A program made the position numbers and the translations under genes. Below, piece by piece: positions 36,701 to 49,759 of a stretch of 64,000 nt of DNA. Source of the DNA: Azolla caroliniana. Taxonomy: Eukaryota; Plantae; Polypodiophyta. The DNA is taken from the NCBI GenBank assembly GCA_043228905.1, contig JBHGNT010000021.1, positions 1,550,001 through 1,614,000 on the forward strand, written 5' to 3'. Each line of letters begins with the position of its first letter. The first letter of the stretch is position 1. The notes beneath the pieces were generated by a model. The model saw only the letters and a program-made list of their open reading frames with translations. It did not search any database and was not told where the DNA came from.

Positions 36701-38797
36701 GATGTAACTTTGAATCAACATTTGGTGAAAGAAAACAATATCAGTTGAGGAAACTTGATTTTCAACCAGTAGCTTTGTTACACTTTACATGTATCCTATG
36801 AAAGCTTCGCTGTGAACACTAGTTAGGTGACTGTTGGGTTTCCAACTACCTGTATATATTGTCATATAAACCATTCTACATCTTTGTAATAATAAGCTCG
36901 TTTTTCCTAATCTACCGAGTTTTCTTTAAGTCTTCTAAGTGATCTTGCTATGTGAGAGTTAGTCTAAGATCCCTGCATTTTCGACAAGCTTGTGGATCCA
37001 GAGTTACAATGAAGTGAATCCTTTGCACAGACAATAAATCAATTTGACTCTATAGGCTCTAAAGTATGAGGTTTAGGCATTGTTTGGAATGGATCAATGA
37101 AAATGGCTTCACTTCTTAGAGCTATCAGAAGCAATATACCCTGATCTTTGTTTTACTGTAAGAGTCGATTCTCCAGAGGATATAGGGGTCTTGTTTAGTA
37201 TACTCTTTGAAGAATAACAGAGAACTTACATTTAAATGGGGTATCCCATAGCACCACACTAATAGGGGTGGTTCCCAAATTGCAGTCAAATTCTTTCAAT
37301 GACATGTGCCCGAAATAGAAGCAAGAAAATGCAAGAAATATGCAGGAATTCTGTCTCTCTTTCTTCTTGGTACACACATCTACTTCTAATTCTAGCCAAC
37401 TCTTTACACCATGGGATGCTCTTATTTCTGCAAATTATGAAACTTTATGATAATGCATAAATATATTATTTAGTTTGGTCACTTCTGTAGACACATGCTG
37501 TATTGGTGTCACACTTTCTAACATTCAGAAGATCATTAGTCGGTAGTTGTGCCAACTCTGCCTGGCAAAATGGCACCCATATGTATGAATGCCGCCATTA
37601 CTTATGCATCGCATTAATTTGACATCAGATTTTCTGTCGCTTTGCAGAGATGCAGGGGCCGAGGAAAAATTCAAAGAAATAAGTAATGCTTATGAGGTAA
37701 GAGGCAAACCAGTTTCACTTATCTTTTCCAAGAGAATGAGCATTTTTTCTTTGTCTAACCATAAATGATGTAATAGGTGTTGTCGGATGACGAAAAGCGA
37801 TCAATATATGATAAATTTGGAGAAGCTGGGTTGAAAGGAGCAGGTTCTGGTGGTGCATCAGTAGGGTCCTGCTTTCACTTCAAACCATTTGATTTTGAAA
37901 CTTATTTCATAATAATAAGGTTGCATTGTTGTTCTTAGGGATCTATGTTATTCCTTGCAGGGATTTTCAAATCCATTTGATTTGTTTGAAACATTCTTTG
38001 GAGGCATGGGTGGTATGGGAGGAGGCAGAGCAGCTCGTAACCAACCAATACAAGGCGATGATGAAAGGCACGATTTGTTGCTTAACTTCAAAGATGCTGT
38101 GTTTGGAACTGAGAAGGAGATAGAGATCACAAGGCTCGAAAGCTGTTCTACTTGCAATGGAACAGGTGCAAAGCCGGGAACAACACCGACAACATGTGAA
38201 ACTTGTGGTGGTCAAGGACAAGTAGCTACAACTACAAATACCCCATTGGGCCAGATAAGGCAAATATCGACCTGTCCTGCATGTGGAGGAACAGGGGAGT
38301 CTTTCATTCCATGTAATACTTGTAAAGGGGATGGCCGGATTAGAAAAACTAAGAAAATCAGCCTCAAGGTACCTGCCGGAGTTGACTCTGGAAGTCGCTT
38401 GAGGGTCCGATCGGAAGGTAATGCTGGAAAGCGTGGTGGACCCCCTGGTGACCTCTATGTGTTTATAAGTGTTAGAGCTGATCCAGAGATGAAGCGAGAT
38501 GGCAATGATATTTTGGTGACCTGTAAGATTACCTATATTGATGCAATTTTAGGGACAAGTGTGAAGGTTCCCACGGTTGATGGTATGGTTGATTTGAAGA
38601 TTCCTTCAGGTACTCAACCGGGGACCACTCTAATGATGGCAAAACGGGGTGTTCCTGTCCTTGGAAAGAACAACATGAGAGGTAATCAATTAGTGAAAGT
38701 GCAAGTTGAAATACCCAAAAGGCTGACATCAGAAGAGAAGAAATTAGTTGAAGAACTGGCTAATTTGACTAAAGCCAAACCAGCTGGTTCAAGGTAG
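33489..38797 (+). CDS. Chloroplast type-I DnaJ/Hsp40 (DjA family), 7 exons
   Basis: Exons 33489-33580, 36068-36194, 36289-36346, 36441-36483, 37648-37696, 37777-37860, 37961-38797. Transit-like end VVRADS, J-domain DYY..YHPDVNK, G/F region, four CxxCxGxG repeats, DnaJ C-terminal domain. Confidence 0.95.
33905..34890 (-). mobile_element. Decayed RTE/RTEX-like LINE 3' fragment in DnaJ intron 1
   Basis: [35 protein letters not shown] resembles the LINE C-terminal finger seen at ~3230-3350; homologous to 1450-2950. Confidence 0.6.
34858..35296. repeat. Old ~228-bp tandem duplication
   Basis: gtaattctttgaggtggcatgg...ctcagcttttc at 34858-35072 and 35086-35296, diverged. Confidence 0.85.
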
Positions 38798-40136
38798 CGA
38801 AATGATAGTTTTTGTGTATCATCTCATAATTAATATACGTATGGTGCTTAATATATCTTCACGGAAACATTTGCAAATATCATGTTCCATAAAAAACAGG
38901 TTATAGAGGGTTGATCTGATCTTGGAAGATAACCCAGATATACGAGCATAAATGTAGGAGCTCTGTTTCTTGTTGTCTTTTGCCTATTTTACTATTTTAC
39001 TATTTTCTGTGAACTGCTTCATCATGCAAGTAAATACCAGTCACATGTAAAAAGATGAACCTTTACATGCAGAAAATTGGTTTGAATTCCATAAAAGAAT
39101 ATGTGGGGGACACATGGATTCAAGTTTGAAATTAAAGCATAAGCTGTGCACTATAGTATCTATTGTATGTTTATGCTTTTTGGTCCCAAAAATCATTATA
39201 GCCATACAATGTTCTTCCATTGGAATAGGGGTATTAAGTATGGTAAGCATATTGCTAGCCATACTTAATACCCCTTCAATGGAGTAGCTGAAGAAAGAAG
39301 AAATTAGGAAAACAAAAATCATCTTTACTCATACAACTCAAAGAGAATAATTACTAATCAATGTCTCAATTTACCCTTAAGAAAAGTGTATCCGTCTCAA
39401 CTCAAAGAAATCACTTACAATGTCACAGACTCTACTTCAGAAGAGTATATTTAGTTCTAGATCCTGGAAATATCCCCAGGCGTCTAGAAATTTCCATGTA
39501 GTGCACATCTATTTATGATCAAATCTTAATTCAAATATGCTAGTAGCTATATCTCCTGAATTTGACCGTAATTTGAATCCTTAAGAAAAGATACTTCATT
39601 TTAGTTATTACAATTGAATCAAGACCTCTATAGATGTTCAACAAGATAAGAGAGGCTAATCAAACTTGGAGTAAATCTGATTGTTCTCACCAATGGTCTA
39701 GCTAGAATAACATACTAATGTGACTATTCTTCAAACCTATAAGGTTGTGCTATCTTAACTGGCAATACACTTCTTCTTCATAGACTGTTCTTCAATGAAA
39801 CATCAGCAATGATCTGAAGAGATTGCACACTCCAGTAAGCTTTCATGTTGTGCAGTTCTTCCGTGACCATCTCTGTATTTCCATTTAGGACTAGTAATTA
39901 AGGGGCAACTCATAATACATCTTTCCACATTACCAACATTATACATGATAGCCAAATTACTGAAAGACGTTTGTGAGTTTTGAGTATCAGCAAGGCTATC
40001 AGAGATACAATTGTCCCGGGATGTTATACACAATAGCCCAATTACTGACAGAAGTTTGCAAGGTTTGAGTATCAGCCAGGCTATCAGAAATAAGATAGAC
40101 TTAACTATTGTCCTGCAATGTCATATGTGACCCAAT

Positions 40137-43100
40137 TTATTTGACAAAATGGAAACCCCTTGATATTCTTTTGGACAATGCAAAGGGGGTTTTGAGTATA
40201 TGTTCAAGCTGACAAGCTGCTCTCTTGAGGTTATCAACAACCGACTCCTTGGTGCCATTTATGCCTCGAGCTATAGTCAAACATATATTTTGTTGCCTGG
40301 GCACAGCAACAGTGAAAGCTATTCCATCAGCATATCCAACCTTACCTCGTAACAAGCTGCTTCTGCGCCAACATAGAACATCAAATAACTGAGTCACAAG
40401 ACAATTGAGCAATGCATGTAAGGTATATGGAAAGAGTATAGTTGCACTAGCTCTATAACTTTGCAATCCACTCAAACCTTGACAGTACAATGTCAAAGGA
40501 GAGTAGATACAACAATGCAATTCAATAAAACCTCTATCACACAATATCATAGGTATGTAGATGACACGTTGCAGTCCAATGAAAGCTCTATATTACAATG
40601 ACTAAGGTATGTAGATTCAGCGTTTCAATACAATGAAATCTCTATGTCATAATGTGGAAGGTATATAGATGCAACATTGGAATTTAATGAAAGCTCTGAA
40701 TCACAATGCAACATTGGAACTCCATAAAAGTGATATGATAATATTATTCTGCATACCTATAAAGATGAGAAATCTCGAGTAATTGCTCTCCACCAGGTAA
40801 ATGAGGATCGAAACCTGGTCCAAACTCTCCTCTGATTCTCTCAAACAGGGATGGAGGTGGTGCATCTGTATGGAGGTTCATCTACGTGAACATAATAGAG
40901 CAAGAAATATTCAATTTGCTTGTAAGCGAGCAATATTTGCTTCAAAGCAGATATTTGATTAGCTTACGATGCAATTTCCCATACCACAACAGTACCGTGT
41001 TGGGGATGCAAGAGGTCATAAAGGTCACTAAGAAAAGACCCACTCTTACTCCAGAAGCAAGATGGGACTTGATCATTCCCATCAAAAGCATCGATAAAAA
41101 CAATGTCGTAGTAATTTAGTGGAGTTAAAAAGCTCTTGTGAAGGCCATTGATATAACCCACAGCATCCGCTTCAATACCATTGATTTTTTCCAGCAAGCT
41201 TCCCCATAATAAGCTATACTTATTTGATCCACCAGTGATATCCTCTCCTATTGATGCATTATCATCTAGTTCCCTGCCTTTGAAGGCATATTTGGGAAAC
41301 CCCATGAAACCTGTGGCTGCTGAGATCACTGTCTTATCAATCTCAACAACATCCACGTTACAGCCTGAAAAAAGTCAGATGCCTCTTAAGAAAGAATGTC
41401 TATGACTAATGTTCCTCATTTTCTAAGAGATTATTTCTAAATATTTACACAACCTTGAACCTTATTTGCCAGGAAAAGAGGGAGGCTTCCACCACCCAGT
41501 CCTATGCAAAGACATCTCATTTGTTTCATTCCTTGAGCAACATATTCCAGGTCTAGCCCACCACAGTTGACACTTGTCAATCCAATAGATATCATACTCT
41601 TTAAATCTGCACACAAATTATAAGCACCTTTGTATAGCTACCTGTTTGAAAATATTCATTCTTAAATGTGGAGAAAGAAATTAGTTCATTTCAAATTGTG
41701 CAGTGTATTATGAGAATTCTCATTTCCTCTTTTCTTCCTCTGTTGCTCTTCTTTTTCATTGCTATAGGCTTTAATTGGAAGTTCAAAGTCCCATGACAAC
41801 CCTCAAATGTTGCCTGATAAAGTGTTCATGATATTATTGTCAATTGTGAGTTTAATGGATTTATAGATAATTTGTTTAGAATATAAGAACTAATTTAAAT
41901 GTAACTTCACTGATGTACTTTTACATTATTTTAACGACCAAATGTTAAGTGACAATTTATACAGTGATGGCAATGGTTGCGCTTTTAACGACAAACTGCG
42001 TTGTCTTTGATTGTGAATGCAAATGAGAATTAATGGCAAAACCATTTTTTGGTTCCAATTGGGACATAAAATGTTGTTATACAACCATTGGATCTCAATC
42101 TGTGCTGATAGTAAGCAGTTCTCACTAGAGTTCAAAATATAATTTTGGATGGTCATGATGTTCATAGCCACACAATTGTTTCCAAATGCCAAATGTCTGA
42201 AAAGTACTATCCAGCTGAATGATAATTTTATTTATTTATTTATTTTTGAATAAAAGATTCACCTTGGTATTAATGGAAAGATGTCCAAAGGCTACAACGA
42301 ACTCATACAGGAAAACGTAACCATCATACCCTCCTCATCAACCAACATGTCCTCAAAATATAAGAGCCAAATTTTTTGAAAATTTTAAAAATGTCCTCAA
42401 ATTTTGAAATTTTTATAAGCCTAGCCACTTAACTACATGATGTGAAGAACAGAAATCCCTAGTTTTTGGCACCAATAATGTTTATCTTTTTTTTCTACCA
42501 CGTCTTTTGTGCAACTATTTCTTCTTTTCATTGTCCTCATTCTTCTTCTGTAAGGCTCATTGTAACTTTGAAGTTCACAACTCTCTTCCTATTTCTTGTC
42601 TCTTTCTCCTCTGATTTTTTCTATTTTTCTATTTTCCCTCATTCTAATTTGCACTCGCAACTTTCCCCCTCCTTTTCTCCTCTCTAAATCTTCATTTTGA
42701 AGGAGAAAAACCCAACATGAAAGGATCACACGTCTCAGTTTGGACTTTAACAAGGTCTTCCATTGGACTTGCAAATATCACGGCAAGAACTATATGAGTT
42801 GATTTACAATATTAGAGCAGCTTTTGCATCAACATTCACTTTTAAAACAATTTTGTGTTTTACAAAGTTCCTTTTTATGATGGGAATCTTTTGGACATGG
42901 CCATCCTCATCTTCAAAGAGTGGCATTCAACCTTTCTTCCAGCTCAACATTTCTCATAGAAGGAATTGGGTACATTTTCTATTATTCACACAAAGATCCG
43001 CAATGGATTGACCTCTAAGCAACTGCAGTGATTGATGTATTGACACTCTAATAGGCACTTATATTGGAAGCACGGGAAGGGCCAGACACCTAAAGTGGGC

Positions 43101-44361
43101 AAACAAGCAGATAGATGAAGAAAAGTTAAAATAGATTCAATTGTATATGGATCTTGAGGAAAATTTATGACAGGTATCTCAAACACAGGGTACTAGTTAA
43201 GTGTGGGTAATTTTGTGTTTAATACAAACACCAAGGGGGCGTATGATAGTAATGATGTTAGAATCCAAAAAGGATTCTGACAGTGATGATGATGTCATGT
43301 CATGTTTGATCATTCATCAGATGAAGATAACTATTAACACATATTGTAGAGTAAGAGGCATTTGAGGGATTTCCAGATATTCTAGTAGGATCATGGACAG
43401 TTTACAATTAACAACTATTACTTTCTAAATTCTATGATCTTGTCATTGTTAGTCTGTTGAGTCTTAATGGTCGTTATAATTTTGCACCTAAATTTAGTAC
43501 TTGAAATTGTGTTTTCTCCACACATATCGTTTTTACTATATAAGCCTTTAAAATACAATAAATACACTGTGTTTCTGCACACTGTACAGAATTCGTATTG
43601 CATACCTTAACAACTCAGCATGGCCAATGACACCAAATATAAAACCCCAGAGGAAAATCAGTGTGCTTACACTCAAAGGCCAAGCAATTGGGAATTTGCA
43701 TGAGTAATGGTTCTTTGGCCTTGTCCTCTTGAAGGAGGAGCACCTTTGCCACACTCTGTCTTGTTTCGTTGTTGAATCTTAGAACTCTCCATTCGCAGGA
43801 CACAGAGATTTCTGGTTGCTCTTCTAAGACTTTAGATACTTCTGGCCAATCTTCCACGCCCTACTGAAAAAGAAACAAAAAAGGAGCACATTCTCGATTA
43901 GATTAGATATGAAGGTTCATGTGGAAAGAGCGCAAAAGTAGGGTTTCACAGAACGAGATGAGATGAAAACATGAATTGAGACACACTATCTGAATGAAAT
44001 CAAAATAATGACATAACAAGGAATGATAAGGACATACGGATGTGGAGGCGGGGTGAGATGTGACGGTAACAATCCCGTTGCTCTTGCAGGAGGCATGGCT
44101 GAAGAGAGTGGAGCCTTCGTTGTGACCCCAGCCATGGCCCTGGCTGCCCCACCACTCAGGGGAGAATCTCCAGTCCCCTGGGTCAGCAGAAGGAGGCGGA
44201 GTGGACATCGCTACCCGTCTTCTTCCTCTGCTGGAGGAGGAGCATCCATGGATGAGCTGAGGGGAGTGGAAACGCCCACATCTGTCTCTATTGATGGTGA
44301 TGAAGTGGTGATGGTGATGGTGATGGTGATGAAGCAGAGGGAGGAGGAGCCTCTGCGCCAT
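40137..44361 (-). CDS. SAM-dependent methyltransferase-superfamily protein (spermidine-synthase-like fold), probably organellar, 6 exons
   Basis: Exons 44361-44038, 43860-43671, 41606-41454, 41364-40985, 40881-40757, 40362-40137. Motifs LCIGLGGGSLPLFLA, VDVVEID, YDIVFIDAFDG, HGTVVMNL; N-terminal WWGSQG.GWG and WRVLRFN.ETRQS. Confidence 0.9.
40497..40715. repeat. Degenerate ~54-bp tandem repeat (3-4 units) in the last intron of the methyltransferase gene
   Basis: aggtatgtagat...caatgaaagctct recurs. Confidence 0.7.
42870..43065 (+). pseudogene. hAT transposase C-terminal dimerization-domain remnant in methyltransferase intron 2
   Basis: Frameshifted reading *WESFGHGHPHLQRVA...ERNW...IHTKIRNGLTSKQLQ*LMY*HSN fits the hAT WW..P.L..A..ERNW..IHTK.RN.L pattern. 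Confidence 0.75.
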
Positions 44362-44399
44362 AGCCCAATCAATCCCTTGCTTGCTTTCACAGTCTTGGT

Positions 44400-44790
44400 C
44401 TTCGGTTCAAGCCATACACATACCACGGTTCGGTTTCGACCTAACCGGTTTGGAAGTTTTCCTGAACCGAATCGATTCCTAAACCGGTTAAGGACAATCC
44501 GTTTTGCCTTAACCATATTGTCAAGCGATTTGTCCAAAAAAAAATCCGGTTCGGTTCGGCTTGAGCCTTTCCAAATCGAGCTCAAACCGGTTTACAAAGC
44601 ACAAGCCTGAACATACCCAAACCGAATCGCCAAACCTTTCAAAAATGGTATAACGGCTCGGTTTAGGATTGAGCCTTTCCAAATTGAGCTCAAACAGGTG
44701 TACGAAGCGCAAGCCTGAACAGACCCAAACTGAATCGCCAAACCTTTTTTAAATGGTATAATGGCTCGGTTTAGGCTTGAACTGAGCCAG
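44400..44790. mobile_element. MITE-like element with AACCG/CGGTT-rich interior and internal ~109-bp tandem duplication
   Basis: Terminal inverted match cggttcaagcc (~44403) with ggcttgaactg (~44775); duplicated units start at ~44562 and ~44671; related copy at 8120-8292. Confidence 0.6.
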
Positions 44791-45301
44791 TGCCGCTCCT
44801 ATATATGCATACGCTATGGTATAACCTACACAGGTGTTTGTGGTTATGATGGCATGTTTCTTTCGGGGTTTGTTCATTGATACATACATACATACATACA
44901 TACACATACATACATATGTATGTATGTACAACTTCACATTTGTCCCATGGAACCACCAACGTACACATGTGTCTGTGGTTATGATGGCGTGTATGCTCCA
45001 ACAGACCTCCTCCCAACATGTGTAGGGCCTAGGAGAATATGTAGACCAGGGTTGAATGATCAAGCCACGGCCTAGTCTTAAGCACTTGAGAATGCGTGAG
45101 ATTTAAGGGAATCCTTGTACCAAAGGTTGAACGAGCTAGCATGGGAAAACAATTTCTACCCAACTTTGTGGATTGAAATTCTAGATGTGTATATTGCAAG
45201 AGTCAAATAAAAACATAATGACTGCACTAAAGTTCTTCTTTTGTTTAACTCAAAAGGTTTTGATATTTCATTGTCAATGAGAAGGATTGGGCGTTTATCA
45301 T

Positions 45302-45741
45302 TGTTAAGTAATTAGGTAATTAACTAGGGTTAATTAGAGATTAATTATATGGTTACGTTAAGCAGCGGAAGATTATTATGATATGCGCATGAGAGTGTGT
45401 GAGAGGAAGAGAGAGAGAGAGGAAGTTACACTTGAACACAAAGATAAATGGGGGATGATTGACTATATTGAAAAGTGTCATCAACTACAAAAATACCCAC
45501 AATGAGGTATATATACAACCCCTGTGCAAAGGTGCACATGTGTGGGTAGAACATAGGTACTTATGTGTAAGTCCTACATTAAATGTACTAAGGAGTGGAG
45601 GATCTAGAATATCTCACTTAAGTACAATGTCCTATTTAAAGGCTTAAGGTCAACATATTAACTAGATTCGATCTAGGTAACTACTAAGTTACATGTGTCG
45701 ACTAACTAGATTAAACTAGTTGAGCTTGATATATCTCAACA
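45302..45741. mobile_element. Solo LTR (440 bp)
   Basis: Begins TGTT, ends AACA, flanked by the 5-bp TSD ATCAT (45297-45301, 45742-45746); internal (GA)n and TATA-like tract. Confidence 0.8.
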
Positions 45742-46274
45742 ATCATAATTGGGTCTTTGAAGTTTTCTCGTTCATGAGAAATCTATACTAGTTTTTTTTT
45801 TGGTGTCTGTGAATGTTTGGTGTCAATTTCATCCTCTTGAATCCATCCTTGAATTAACATTGTGCTACCTTAGTCAAGTCTAGTGTAGCTCACAATGAGA
45901 ATTACGTACGGTACAAGCTCTACACTTTTCTATCCCAATTATAGTTAAAAAAGTCATATGCAATAAAGACAGCTGAATATTGGGAACTAGTTTCTACCAA
46001 ATATTATAATCTGATTTATGTTAAGAATCACACGTAAGATATGCTCGTATTTGTCTTTTCTGTTGGTATTTCACTATAAAATGAACTTCGAAGGCTATGA
46101 ACTTTATTGACCAAGTTATAAAACCAAGTACTTTACGTCAAGATTGAATAATGCACAAATGCTTTATAGTGAATAAGGAAATAAGTGGTTATGAATTGTG
46201 TCTATAAATAATGGTAATGTTTTGAATGCTTAAAAGTCTCACATCATAGGATATAACATCAAGTTATATTTATG

Positions 46275-46906
46275 ATATGTCCTTGTGTAGAGTGCTCACA
46301 TGCAGTAAAATCAATACAACACGCTTTGTGGGACTGCCCAACATCCCATCGAATATGGGGGGGGTTGGCTGCTTGTTGCAATTATGCCAGGTGCAAGGCT
46401 CAATCAAGTGGGGAAATATATGTTGGCTATCATGGTAGGCCGCAATTGACAGATACGAGCATCAGGAGGAGGGGATGACTTTGGTGATAAAAGCACAAGA
46501 GGTATTTTTCTCCTCCAGCGGCAATGTCCAATCCACTCCTCTTAATGACAAATCTCAAGAGGTGTTGGAATTGGTCAACCCAATAACTCTTTGGATTCTA
46601 TGGAAACAACGATGTAGGCGAGCCTTCTCCAACCAAACCGCACATCCAACAAGGTTACTGCAAGAGATATGGAGTGAAATTGTAGCCACTCTGAAGAGCC
46701 AATATGATGGCCTTAAGGGCGGCTCCGAGGGAGTTGAAAGACAACAAATAGCCTTCATCCAACAATGGTCGTCCTCTCCCTCTCTTGAGTCAGTGGGCAA
46801 CCACATAAGATGGAACTATCGCGTCCCTTCATGGATTTGTACATAATCGTCTCATTTGTAAATTTTTATAACTAATGGAAGGAATTCTTTTTTTGGGAAA
46901 AAAAAA
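46275..46906 (+). mobile_element. L1-clade LINE 3' fragment (zf-RVT region)
   Basis: C..C....SIQHALWDCP....IW and LWILWKQRC.RAF motifs; A-run at ~46898-46906. Confidence 0.75.
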
Positions 46907-49091
46907 CACCATACAACATGTAAATATTTTGGAGCCTTGACTATCCACATAGCCATTTGGTATAGCATTTATGCATCATGTTTTACTTTCTGCTAATTTC
47001 ATTCGAGGACCATGGCAGTCAGAATGTAGAATATTTGTATAACTATGCATGTGCAATAATATTAGCCTACCAATCGAGCTGCATTTGGGAAAGCAGAGTA
47101 TTAGATGATTGGGACAACTTCGAAGGTGAATTTGTGTCATACTCTCCCTCATGTACATGTGGCTATGTTGATGACAATATTGATGGGTATGTACCGTGGT
47201 AAATTTTCAAAATAATGTTGATAAATTTTCAAAATAATGGGGTGATAAGTAAAACCTTATTCCTCAAAGGAAGTCCGAAGGATCCTTCAAATGTATTTTA
47301 ATCACTATAACTCAATTCCTACCACGAGATTGTGTTATTTCAACTATGCTTTTCCTTTATATAATAAATTTTTTATCTCAAATTTTGGAATTGGGTTTGG
47401 ATAGCTCAACATGTCAGAAGAATGGGGACATCAAACACAACCACATATGAATAATTGAAGAATAAACTAAAAATAATGTGGTGTCATTATCCAATAAGCA
47501 TTCAATTCAAAGTTGTACAAACTTACTTGCTAAGAAAGGAAGAATGTAAAGTCACCTTACATCTAGATTAAGTGTTCGACCCTCAACCTTGACCTTGGTC
47601 GACTAATGTGTGAACAAGTTCATTGGAGACTACCTTTTGATTGCATTGAAGGCAAGTACCACACATCCTACCATATGTCTAGAGCTATTTAGTTTGGGAT
47701 TTAGCAATCCCTTCCAATTTACCAATGTTGAAGCACTAGTGGATGTATTTCTCTTTCTGGTTGACTCCTTCTTGGGTAATGGAAATTTCCACCCATTTAC
47801 CAAAGGCAACAATATTAATTTTCATAGTAAGGGAGAAATAGTCATAGGTTGATTGATTCTCATAATTGTTATCGTGGTCTAACTCATGTTGTTGCACTTG
47901 GGTAGAAAGGTATACATTAGCATTTATTGTTGGTGCCTTTTCTCAGTTTTAGTAGATTCCAACCATAGGGTCAAGTGATCCATCATCAATTGACTCCATT
48001 TCCACATACTTGACTATACATCTACACATCTCTTGAATTTTTCCATGTCCTTATTATCCTTTTCTAATTATTGTAATTTTTTCCTTAGTGAGCTTTTGAC
48101 ATGTGCCATTGCATTCCACTCATGTTTTCGAGGGATATTAGTTACATTATCTTTTAATTAGTCCTCCATTTTGTTCCGTACTTTCAATGTTAGCTTAAAC
48201 CATCCTGATGTTAAACCATAAGTGAAGGCTCCGATAGATCAATTGTTTTATTTGGCCATGATGTTGCATTCACATAAATCGACAATGACATGCCTCCACA
48301 AATCAAACACAAAAACATGACTTGAATAGAGAAGCTAGAGTGTAATCTTATGTTCGTGGAATAGGCAACGATGCAAGTCAAGAGGCCTTTTGTTAGAATA
48401 GATCCAACCAGTATCGAGCAAAGTCGTTCTCTTTCAATAACATAAGATGATGGCAAGACAATCATGGTTTATTGCGACGACAAATATCAATATTGGCTTA
48501 CATAATCAAACTTCTACATCACAATAAAAGATTGAATTGTTTGTGTATCAAATTCTAATGTACATCCTATCAATAAAGTGTTTTTATTAGCGGAAAGCAT
48601 GCATCATAAAGCTAGACACAAGATTTGACCTTCAAGTTTGGGGTATGGCCCTTATCAACTTGAACTCAACAGACCAAAAATCCACTCAAATAACTCAGTC
48701 AAAAGTGTGTTTATTAGAAATATATATATAGAAGCTAATCATTAAAATATATGCATACTTTGAATTAGAGGTAAAATATGTGCATGCACCTAATGGCATT
48801 TGGTCAAGGACATGGAATGCAAGCATGCAATTAACAAGAAAGAGAACCGTGCCGGAGAACATGCTTGTTTGTAGCGCAAGTGGACAGTGGGCAATAATCT
48901 ACATACATATGAATGATTAACAAAATCAATCCCATCTCATTGAGATGGTATGGTATGGTATGGTAAAAGGAGTAAATTATGATGGAAGTCCCCCCCCCCC
49001 CCCCTCTCTAGAATATGAGTGTCTCAAGATGCTTCCCTAATTGACAAGATGTGTGTTCCAAAATGGGTTTTTGTAAGTCTTTACTATGGTA

Positions 49092-49630
49092 TCACATGAT
49101 ATGACAATCGGAATTGGTTTGGCTGAAGTATTGGGGCGCGACATAAAGCATACACGGGCATTGGTATGTTTGGGATGTGGAGGGTGTAATGTCGGCGGGC
49201 GTGACCACGGTGTTGGCGGGTTGCGGCCACACTTGCACATGTTCGCCCAAGGCCAACGACAGATCCCTCAACACCTTCTCCTTGTCAATCTTCTTGCCCT
49301 TCACTATCACCTTCTTCTCATCGAAGTCGATCGACACGAGCTCGATACCTAAGGGAAACACCGTCCGCCCATCCGTCCATCCAATCGGATCAAAAGAAAC
49401 AAAAGAAGAATCAAAAGGAGAATTCTCGACACATTATGCGATCGATCGACTTCATCGAGTCGATCCTGCAGGTGGTGTAGTGTTTATGCAGATTGAATTC
49501 ATGGACAATGATTTGATGCATTCTTACCTTTGAAATTTTTGATGATTTGGGCGATTTCGTAGCGAGATGAGGCCGAGGACATGGGGACTTTGAGAACCAA
49601 CGTCTCTTCCTTCTTCTCCTCCGACCCCAT
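49092..49630 (-). CDS. Heavy-metal-associated isoprenylated plant protein (HIPP)-like, 2 exons, 119 aa, no CxxC
   Basis: Exons 49630-49528 and 49348-49092. HMA pattern TLVLKVPM...K|GIELVSIDFDEKKVIVKG..D..KVL; C-terminus APQYFSQTNSDCHIM (FS..N motif plus CaaX). Confidence 0.85.
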
Positions 49631-49696
49631 GATATGGTATTAGGAGGAGGAATAGAAACAGAGGAAGAAGAAGATTATGATGATGATGGTTGAAGA

Positions 49697-49759
49697 AACA
49701 GAAGAAGAAGAAGAAGAAGAAGAAGAAGAAGAAGAAGAAGAAAAGAGAGAGAGAGAGAG
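49697..49759. repeat. (GAA)n/(GA)n microsatellite in the HIPP 5' region
   Basis: Directly visible. Confidence 0.9.

Noticed and set aside
41701-43569. CAGTGTATT...AATACACTG as the TIRs of the hAT remnant
   Set aside because: Only 9 bp and no 8-bp TSD, so the boundaries are unsupported.
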